Shown here: in pieces, positions 57,316 through 64,000 of the stretch | Layout of the letters: each line of letters starts with the position of its first letter | Numbering within the stretch: the stretch's first letter is position 1 | Assembly: GCA_049304015.1 (NCBI GenBank) | Contig: JBAQNS010000016.1 | Location: 143 to 64,142, forward strand | Length of the DNA stretch: 64,000 bases | Source of the DNA: Minisyncoccia bacterium | GTDB lineage: Bacteria; Patescibacteriota; Minisyncoccia; Phycocordibacterales; Zambryskibacteraceae | Reading direction: 5' to 3' | Notes under the pieces: model-generated | Told to the model about the DNA's origin: nothing | Database searches by the model: none | What the model saw: the letters and a program-made list of their open reading frames with translations, nothing else | Program-made: the position numbers and the translations under genes

Positions 57316-57801
57316 ATGATTAAAAAAGCATATTTTGCAGGTGGATGTTTCTGGGGCTTGGAGGATTTAATCCGAAAGCAACCTGGAGTTGTTTCTACTA
57401 AGGTGGGATACACAGGTGGGCAGGTGGAGAATCCTACTTATACAAACCATGAAGGTCACGCAGAAGCAGTGGAGATAGAATACGACGCAGAGAAAACATC
57501 GTACTGGAAACTTCTAGATTTCTTCTTTCAAATTCATAATCCAACTACTTTGAATCAGCAGGGGAATGATATGGGCACTTCGTATCGGTCAGCTATTTTT
57601 TATCAAAATGAAGAAGAAAAAACTGAGGCCGAAAAATTTATAAAGATAGTCGATGATTCAAAGCGCTGGCCTAAACCAGTGGTCACCTCACTTGAGCCAT
57701 TTACTAAGTTTTATTTGGCCGAAGATTATCATCAAGATTATCTACAGAAGAATCCAAATGGCTATACCTGTCATGCCATTTGGTTTGATAGTTATTTATA
57801 A
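57316..57801 (+). CDS. msrA: Peptide methionine sulfoxide reductase MsrA
   Basis: GGCFWG active-site motif. Confidence 0.85.
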   Translation: MIKKAYFAGGCFWGLEDLIRKQPGVVSTKVGYTGGQVENPTYTNHEGHAEAVEIEYDAEKTSYWKLLDFFFQIHNPTTLNQQGNDMGTSYRSAIFYQNEEEKTEAEKFIKIVDDSKRWPKPVVTSLEPFTKFYLAEDYHQDYLQKNPNGYTCHAIWFDSYL

Positions 57802-57808
57802 TAAATTG

Positions 57809-57880
57809 TGACCCTACAGAGAATCGAACTCTGATTTGATCCTTGAGAAGGATCCGTCCTAACCGTTAGACGATAGGGCC
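57809..57880 (-). tRNA. tRNA-Glu (anticodon CTC)
   Basis: Reverse complement GGCCCTATCGTCTAACGGTTAGGACGGATCCTTCTCAAGGATC..CAGAGTTCGATTCTCTGTAGGGTCA. One G-U pair in the acceptor stem. Confidence 0.7.
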
Positions 57881-57932
57881 TAGAACGCCAGAATAGCTTT
57901 AAATTGAGCATTTTTCAAGAGTTCATCTTGTT

Positions 57933-58337
57933 GTGTATAATGTGTTTGTCATGCTAGAAAAAATAATTATTAATTTGTTCGCCGGTCTATTGGTTGGTTA
58001 TGCACTCGAGTTTTCATATAGATCTTATAAGGCCCAAAGGATTATATGGCCAAAGTTTGTGAACTATCAGATGTATGGTTTAACTGCAGTTTTCTTGGTG
58101 GTTTTATCATCGTTTAATATCCCATTATTTTTTAAATTAGTATCAGTTTTACTATTTACTTTTTTTATTGAATTAATCACTGGTATTTTGTATATAAAAT
58201 CAAAAGGAGTAAAAGCGTGGGACTATTCAGATGAACCATATAACTACAAGGGAATCGTGTGCCCATATTACTCAACACTTTGGTTTGCCATAGCCACATT
58301 TTATTATTTTCTAGCCATTCCTAATTTTCATTTTTAA
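57933..58337 (+). CDS. Hypothetical multi-pass membrane protein
   Basis: 134 aa with 4 TM helices. Confidence 0.35.
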   Translation: MYNVFVMLEKIIINLFAGLLVGYALEFSYRSYKAQRIIWPKFVNYQMYGLTAVFLVVLSSFNIPLFFKLVSVLLFTFFIELITGILYIKSKGVKAWDYSDEPYNYKGIVCPYYSTLWFAIATFYYFLAIPNFHF

Positions 58338-58339
58338 AT

Positions 58340-58591
58340 ATGACTTTTAAAGAGAAGATTTATAAATTAGTACAGACGATTCCTAAGGGGCAGGTGATGA
58401 CTTATAAGGAAGTGGCGAAAAAGGTTGGGCATCCAAAAGCTTATAGAGCAGTGGGTAATATTTTGGGCAAGAATGTAGACAAGAATGTGCCTTGCCACAG
58501 AGTGATTAGAAGCGATGGCAAAATAGGAGGCTATAGAGACGGCAGTGCCTTCAAAATCAAGAGACTTCAGGATGAAGGTTATCTCAAATAG
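58340..58591 (+). CDS. MGMT/Ogt C-terminal-domain-only methyltransferase family protein (active-site PCHRV retained)
   Basis: 83 aa HTH plus PCHRVI motif with Cys present. Confidence 0.65.
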   Translation: MTFKEKIYKLVQTIPKGQVMTYKEVAKKVGHPKAYRAVGNILGKNVDKNVPCHRVIRSDGKIGGYRDGSAFKIKRLQDEGYLK

Positions 58592-58607
58592 GTTATAATA
58601 AATCCAT

Positions 58608-61358
58608 ATGGCAAATGAATCTGGATCTTTTTCTAATCCACACGAGGAGCTCGCATATTTGCGCTCAAAAGTTTTAGAGACGGAGAAACGTTTGGAGCGA
58701 TTTGGGGTGAATAAACCCAGAGAAGAAATAGTGAAGAGTTCTATAGAGGATTATAAAAATGAAGTTTTGCCCAACCTTACTCCAGCTCATCATGCTGAAG
58801 CAGAGAATCAAGCCAGAATGGTGGGTGGACTAGAAGATAAAAGACAACTCGACGAAATGATGAAAGTGGCAGAATCCAAAGGAGTGATGAGTGCATTGGT
58901 GACTGTGGAGAAGATGAAAGGCTGGAAACTCGAAGATGATTTCCATGATTTTTTGGCTGATTTAATTGCTCAAGGTTTGCCCTTTAGAGGCTTAAAGGAA
59001 ACAGGTCCAGAATATAAAGCTCTTCATATGACTCTATATGAAGTAGTTCTACCCAAAACAGAAACAAGTGACAAGCCATTTGTAGAAATAGTTAAGAGTA
59101 TGGAGCAGCTATATGCAGGGTTCCTTTCTATCCCTAGTGCTGAACAAAAAGAAACCGATTATATGGTTTTTGAAATGGCTAACCCAGAAGGAGAAGAAGA
59201 TGCTTCTATTTTTGTTTCTGTGCCTACAGATAGAAAGGTTTTATTTGAGAAACAAGTGCTTTCTATATTTCCTAATGCGAGGTTAATAGTACGTTCGAAG
59301 GATTATAATATTTTCAATTCAACCGGTGTTTCTGTTGGCTCTAGTTTAAAGCTCGCAGAATCACCAGCCTATCCATTGCTTACTGCTGAATCATTTGGAG
59401 AGGACCCAATGAATGTTATTTTAAGCTCCTTTGCCAAGATTTCTAAATTTGGTTCAGGAGCTGCTCTGCAAATAGTTTTTAAACCAAAAGGCAAGGTTTA
59501 TACAGAGAAGTTCTCAAGAGCTTTAGAGAAAATAAAAAAAGGAGAAAAACCAAAAGAAGTCCTCGAGGAAGTTTCGTTTACCAAAGAATTTGGTGGTGCT
59601 TTAAAAGATTTTATTTTTTCTTCGAAAGCTAAATCCAAAGATGAGAAAGAAAAAGCTAAATCTCAAAATGCTCAAATAAACGTGCATATAGTAGAAGCGA
59701 TTCAAAAGAAACTTGAAAGTCCAACAGTGGAGACAAATATCAGATTAATAGCTTGTGCCCAAACTGAACCAGAAGCTCGTAGATTGCTCGACAACTTTGA
59801 ATCAGCCTTTAACCAATTCGAGAACACAGGCAAGAATCATTTTGTTTTTGAGCGCACCAAAGTGAACAAAGAAAGTGACTTCTATAGAGCTTTTACCTTT
59901 AGATTGTTTAGAGAATCAGAAATTACACCTCTAAACCTAAAGGAACTTTCAGCCATCCTGCATTTCCACACTGAAGCACTGATTGCGAACACCCCACTCA
60001 CTCAGAATAAAGCCAAAGCGTCGCCAGCTCCACATGGTCTTATAAATGCCGGTACCTTTATTGGGGTTAATAATTATCAAGGTCATGAGACCTCTATTTA
60101 TATGAGTGCCGAGGACAGATTAAGACATTTCTATGTTGTTGGACAAACAGGCACAGGAAAGTCTGTCTTTTTAAAGAATTTGATTATGGAGGATATACGA
60201 CGTGGAGATGGGGTGTGTTTTATTGATCCTAACGGTTCAGATGTCCAAGATATCCTTGCTCAGATACCCAAAGAAAGAATGGAAGACGTGATTTATTTTG
60301 ATCCTGCTTATATAGAGAGGCCAATGGCCTTAAACATGCTCGAATACGATGGGCGCTATCCAGAACAAAAAACGGCCGTAGTGAACGAGCTTCTAGGTAT
60401 TTTCAATAAACTATTTGATATGAAGACTGCTGGTGGTCCGATGTTCGAATTGTATTTCAGAAATGCTGTTTTGCTCACCATAGATGATCCAAATGCAGGT
60501 GCTAGTTTGGTCGATGTTTCAAGGATTTTCTCCAACAAAGAATACAGAGATCAAAAAATCGCTACTTGCAAGAATCCATTGGTTGTAGAGTTCTGGAAGG
60601 AAACAGCCCAGAAAGCCGGAGGGGAAGGGAAGCTTGAAAATATGGTGCCTTATATTGTTTCTAAGTTTGATAACTTCCTTTCAAATGACATCATGCGACC
60701 AGTGATTGCACAATCCAAATCAAGCTTTAATTTTAGAGAAGTGATGGATAACAAAAAAATTCTTCTTGTTAACCTTTCGAAAGGTCGTCTAGGCGAACTC
60801 AATGCGAACTTAATTGGATTAATTCTAGTGGGCAAGATATTAATGGCCGCGCTTTCCAGAGCAGATAGTCATGGTGTTGATTTCCCTCCATTTTATTTAT
60901 ACATAGATGAATTCCAAAACATTACTAGTGATTCTATTGCTTCTATCTTGTCCGAGGCACGTAAATATAAGTTATCACTAAACGTTGCCCACCAGTTTAT
61001 CAAACAACTCAAAGATGAAATACGTGATGCAGTTTTCGGGAACGTAGGCTCTATGGCTATCTTTAGAGTTGGCTCAGAAGATGCAGAATTTTTGGAGAAG
61101 CAACTCTCTCCAGTTTTCACTGCCACCGATATCCAAAATATAGATAATCTAAACGCTTATGTGAAGATTCTCTCAAACGGCATACCTCAAATCCCATTCA
61201 ATATTAGTATTAAATATCCTGAAAGAACTGAAGAAGGGAAAAGAAATGCAGAACTACTCAAACAAATGTCTTATTTGAAATATGGAGGTGATAGAGCAGA
61301 GATAGAAGAGGTGATAAGGAAGAAATTTGAAAAGCTTCCAAGACCAGAAATAATATAG
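58608..61358 (+). CDS. Large P-loop ATPase of the VirB4/VirD4/HerA-FtsK (AAA_10-like) type, T4SS or conjugation-like
   Basis: Walker A VVGQTGTGKSVFL, Walker B LYIDEFQNI followed by ARKYKLSLNVAHQF. About 480-aa N-terminal domain with no TM helix. Confidence 0.5.
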   Translation: MANESGSFSNPHEELAYLRSKVLETEKRLERFGVNKPREEIVKSSIEDYKNEVLPNLTPAHHAEAENQARMVGGLEDKRQLDEMMKVAESKGVMSALVTVEKMKGWKLEDDFHDFLADLIAQGLPFRGLKETGPEYKALHMTLYEVVLPKTETSDKPFVEIVKSMEQLYAGFLSIPSAEQKETDYMVFEMANPEGEEDASIFVSVPTDRKVLFEKQVLSIFPNARLIVRSKDYNIFNSTGVSVGSSLKLAESPAYPLLTAESFGEDPMNVILSSFAKISKFGSGAALQIVFKPKGKVYTEKFSRALEKIKKGEKPKEVLEEVSFTKEFGGALKDFIFSSKAKSKDEKEKAKSQNAQINVHIVEAIQKKLESPTVETNIRLIACAQTEPEARRLLDNFESAFNQFENTGKNHFVFERTKVNKESDFYRAFTFRLFRESEITPLNLKELSAILHFHTEALIANTPLTQNKAKASPAPHGLINAGTFIGVNNYQGHETSIYMSAEDRLRHFYVVGQTGTGKSVFLKNLIMEDIRRGDGVCFIDPNGSDVQDILAQIPKERMEDVIYFDPAYIERPMALNMLEYDGRYPEQKTAVVNELLGIFNKLFDMKTAGGPMFELYFRNAVLLTIDDPNAGASLVDVSRIFSNKEYRDQKIATCKNPLVVEFWKETAQKAGGEGKLENMVPYIVSKFDNFLSNDIMRPVIAQSKSSFNFREVMDNKKILLVNLSKGRLGELNANLIGLILVGKILMAALSRADSHGVDFPPFYLYIDEFQNITSDSIASILSEARKYKLSLNVAHQFIKQLKDEIRDAVFGNVGSMAIFRVGSEDAEFLEKQLSPVFTATDIQNIDNLNAYVKILSNGIPQIPFNISIKYPERTEEGKRNAELLKQMSYLKYGGDRAEIEEVIRKKFEKLPRPEII

Positions 61359-61385
61359 GAAAAAGGCAGTCCTAGACTGCCTTTA

Positions 61386-61823
61386 CTAACGATCGTGCTC
61401 GCGCTCCCACTTGTCCATCCAACCTTCTCGTGGAGGCTGATTGGCTGGGACTGCGTGTTCTCCAGATGTGCTGACTTGGGGCTTGTCGCTCACAAACACT
61501 TCTTGTGAGTGTTCATCCTCATGAGAACGACGTTTCTTCTCTGCACTCTCCTCACTTCGTTGAATTAAAACCTTGAGGTCATAATCAACGAACTGCTCTC
61601 TCAGATCTGAGATTTCTCGAGGCGACAGGCCTTGTTGAATTCTTATATCCTCAAGTACAACATCGAGCGCTTTGTCGTGCGGCATGCGTTTTTCCTTCGC
61701 CATTCTACGCATGTCTTGAGCTATTCCGTCGAACAGAGCATTCGGTTCTACAAAAGTAGGCACTCGCTCCTCCTCTGGTTTTTGCGCGAACGCATCTAGT
61801 TGGTCTGGGTTAGATAATACCAT
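61386..61823 (-). CDS. Hypothetical protein (mid-GC, acidic)
   Basis: 145 aa at about 50% GC. Confidence 0.3.
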   Translation of the reverse strand: MVLSNPDQLDAFAQKPEEERVPTFVEPNALFDGIAQDMRRMAKEKRMPHDKALDVVLEDIRIQQGLSPREISDLREQFVDYDLKVLIQRSEESAEKKRRSHEDEHSQEVFVSDKPQVSTSGEHAVPANQPPREGWMDKWEREHDR

Positions 61824-61845
61824 ACTAATTAGTTAGTTTGTCAAG

Positions 61846-62295
61846 TTAAGCAAATACTTCATCTATAATTTTTTTAACTAGAGCACCATCAGCTTTGCCT
61901 TTGAGTTCTTTCATAATGCCACCCATGAATTGATTCTTAGTGCTTGGGTCTGGATTAATTTCTGTCTTCTTTGTATTTATAAAATTTCTTATCTCATCTT
62001 CAGTCATCTGGGTGGGTAGCATGGCTTCAAGGACAGATAGCTCTGCCTTCTCTGCATCTGCAAGGTCAGTGCGTCCACCTTTGGTAAATTGTTCTATAGA
62101 ATCCTTGCGTTGTTTAACTTGTCGCCCGATGATTTGGAGTGCATCTTCATCAGAAAGAGCTTCATCTGGTTTGCGTTTTTTGGCCACTAATTCATTAGTA
62201 AAGGCACTAATTAGGCCTCGTAGCACTCCTAATCTGACTGTATCTTTTGCTAACATGGCGACCTTTATTTGGTCTCTAATATCTGTTTGTATCAT
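61846..62295 (-). CDS. GatB/YqeY-domain protein
   Basis: MIQTDIRDQIKVAMLAKDTVRLGVLRGL..., YqeY family. Confidence 0.75.
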   Translation of the reverse strand: MIQTDIRDQIKVAMLAKDTVRLGVLRGLISAFTNELVAKKRKPDEALSDEDALQIIGRQVKQRKDSIEQFTKGGRTDLADAEKAELSVLEAMLPTQMTEDEIRNFINTKKTEINPDPSTKNQFMGGIMKELKGKADGALVKKIIDEVFA

Positions 62296-62399
62296 GGGTT
62301 TATGATAACATATTGAATATGTCCATAGCAGTTCTCACCGCCATAGTTCTCCTCGTGGCTTTATATTTTTGGTTAAGGTAAATCTGATATAATATATTT

Positions 62400-63455
62400 A
62401 TGTCAGCAACAATTGTTGGTCTAATTATACTTATTGGGCTTGTGATTTTTTTAATTTGGAAGATTAGTCAGAAGCCAGAAAGTACAGACAGCAAAGGCTT
62501 AGACCTCCTTCTCCAACAAATCAACGAACTTTCTCGTACCATGGATCACAAGATGAGTGAGTCTAATAAAATGATGAACGAGTCAGTCAGGAATCAATTT
62601 GGTGAATCAGCCAAGCTTATCCGAGAGGTGACTGAAGGATTGGTGAAGCTTGATGAGACTAACAGACAAGTGGTTTCCTTTGCTGACCAACTACAGTCTT
62701 TAGGTGATATGTTAAAAAACCCAAAACAGCGCGGAGTATTGGGTGAGTATTACTTAGAGACACTACTTAAGAATACGATGCCGGCAGGAAGCTTTGAGAT
62801 GCAATATGAATTGGGTATGAGCGAAGATGGTTCCCGTTTGATTCCAGATGCCATAGTGAGAGTGAAAGATAAAATTATCCCTATTGATTCAAAATTCTCA
62901 CTTGAGAATTACAACAAACTTGTTGAGGAAAAAGATCCTGTACAGAAAGAAAAGTTAGAAAAGTTATTTGTTCAAGATTTAAAAAATAGAATTGCTGAAA
63001 CTTCTAAATATATTCAACCGAGTATGGGGACCATGGACTTCGCTTTTATGTTCATCCCTCACGAAGCGATTTATTATGACCTAATAGTGAACAAAATTGG
63101 TGCCCTTCAAGAGGAAACAGAAAGTTTAATTCAACGAGCGGCTTCAAAATACAAAGTTATTATCGTCTCCCCAACTTCTTTTCTTGCCTATCTTCAAACC
63201 GTGATGCAAGGTTTAAGGGCTCTCCAAATCGAAGAGAAAGCTCAAGAGATAGTGAAAAAGGTGAGTGATTTAGGCAAACATCTAAAGAGCTATGAGGAAT
63301 ATTATATGAAGCTTGGAAATACCCTTGGGACAGCAGTAAACCACTACAATAGTGCAGGCAAGGAGCTTTCTAAGGTAGACAAGGATGTGCTCAGAATAAC
63401 CGGCACTTCAGCCGGTATAGAGACAGTAGTTGTGGATAAACCAAGCCTAGAATAG
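62400..63455 (+). CDS. rmuC: DNA recombination protein RmuC
   Basis: N-terminal TM helix, coiled-coil, RmuC C-terminal nuclease-like domain. Confidence 0.7.
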   Translation: MSATIVGLIILIGLVIFLIWKISQKPESTDSKGLDLLLQQINELSRTMDHKMSESNKMMNESVRNQFGESAKLIREVTEGLVKLDETNRQVVSFADQLQSLGDMLKNPKQRGVLGEYYLETLLKNTMPAGSFEMQYELGMSEDGSRLIPDAIVRVKDKIIPIDSKFSLENYNKLVEEKDPVQKEKLEKLFVQDLKNRIAETSKYIQPSMGTMDFAFMFIPHEAIYYDLIVNKIGALQEETESLIQRAASKYKVIIVSPTSFLAYLQTVMQGLRALQIEEKAQEIVKKVSDLGKHLKSYEEYYMKLGNTLGTAVNHYNSAGKELSKVDKDVLRITGTSAGIETVVVDKPSLE

Positions 63456-63504
63456 GCTTTTTCCCTTGCCTTTTGGGGATATATCTGTAGAATATAGTCC
63501 CTAT

Positions 63505-63918
63505 ATGGCTGAAGCAAAAACAACTAAACCAAAGGCAGTAAAAGCAGCCCCTAAAGCCGCTCCAAAGGCCCCAAAAGCCCCTAAAACAGCATCTAATGCT
63601 GACTTCGCAGTATTCGCCACCGGAGGCAAACAGTACCGAGTTTCTGCTGGAGATTCAGTGAAGATTGAGAAGATTATCGGTGAATATAAGGAAGGAGATA
63701 AAATCACCTTCAATGAAGTTCTTCTTGTGGACAACGGTTCTACAGAAGCTACCATCGGCACACCTTTCATCACAGGAGCAAGCATTAGTGCTACTTTAAA
63801 GAAGATCGGTCGTTACCCAACTATTGATGTCATCAAGTATAAACAGAAGTCTCGATACTTTAAGAAAAACGGTCACCGACAACCATACTTTGAAGTCACT
63901 ATAGATTCTATTAATTAG
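63505..63918 (+). CDS. rplU: 50S ribosomal protein L21 with Lys/Ala/Pro-rich N-terminal extension
   Basis: FAVFATGGKQYRVSAGDSVKIEKI...GHRQPYFEVTI. Start ambiguous between 63466 and 63505. Confidence 0.75.
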   Translation: MAEAKTTKPKAVKAAPKAAPKAPKAPKTASNADFAVFATGGKQYRVSAGDSVKIEKIIGEYKEGDKITFNEVLLVDNGSTEATIGTPFITGASISATLKKIGRYPTIDVIKYKQKSRYFKKNGHRQPYFEVTIDSIN

Positions 63919-63932
63919 TTTCGGACAAAATA

Positions 63933-63990
63933 AAAAACAGAAGTCTTTACCCGACCTGGTCGGGCTCCGACAACTTCTGTTTTCTTATTT
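63933..63990 (+). promoter_or_regulatory. Conserved nested-hairpin RNA motif, copy B (downstream of rplU)
   Basis: agtCTTTACCC-[cccgacc tg gtcggg]-CTCCGACAACTT with outer stem aacagaagt/acttctgtt, then TTTTCTTATT. Compare copy A at 25205-25262. Confidence 0.5.
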
Positions 63991-64000
63991 TGTCCTGTGC

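Noticed and set aside
1-64000. CRISPR arrays, transposases, integrases, prophage genes
   Set aside because: There are no regularly spaced repeats with spacers, no DDE/tyrosine/serine recombinase motifs, and no phage structural genes. The GC-rich blocks lack any recognisable mobility gene.

Overview
This window has a low-GC backbone (about 35-40% GC by eye) dense with housekeeping genes, plus several much higher-GC blocks (about 55-62% GC).

Backbone content, as supported by the sequence:
- Translation and replication: rpsA, gyrA, rbfA-infB, clpB, miaA, parB, rel, topA-dprA, serS, frr, rseP, proS, greA, lysS, rplU.
- Cell envelope and division: mreBCD with PBP2, and a partial dcw cluster (mraZ-rsmH-ftsL-ftsI plus a MurF-like gene).
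- Others: msrBA, and 9 tRNA genes.
- The short IF-2, a tandem array of small two-helix pilin-like genes, weak Shine-Dalgarno use and reduced gene sizes are consistent with a CPR/Patescibacteria-like or other reduced-genome bacterium. This placement is inference only.

Higher-GC blocks embedded in the backbone:
- Bases 1-103 (partial CDS) and 1340-1860 (ORF-free, hairpin-rich, likely a structured RNA).
- 29340-31075: an ORF-free GC-rich segment followed by an Ig-like (BIG2) lipoprotein gene.
- 32290-37620: a small protein, two coiled-coil proteins (one membrane-anchored), then a NitT/TauT-type ABC transporter whose substrate-binding protein is fused to a C-terminal OmpA-like domain.
- 50900-52360: two signal-peptide, beta-rich secreted proteins.
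- The GC-rich genes sit behind AT-rich near-consensus promoters (TTGACA-N17-tgcTATAGT/TATAAT), and most end in clean intrinsic terminators.

Other notable features:
- A ~58-nt intergenic motif present twice with compensatory stem changes (upstream of serS, downstream of rplU).
- A 27-nt perfect palindromic repeat present both inside miaA and in an intergenic region.
- A GTGG(G/A) direct-repeat array upstream of mraZ, resembling an MraZ operator.
- A 15-bp direct repeat of the tRNA-Gly 3' end.
- A MurF-like protein with a degenerate P-loop.
- A large VirB4/VirD4-like P-loop ATPase.

No transposase, integrase or CRISPR array was seen.
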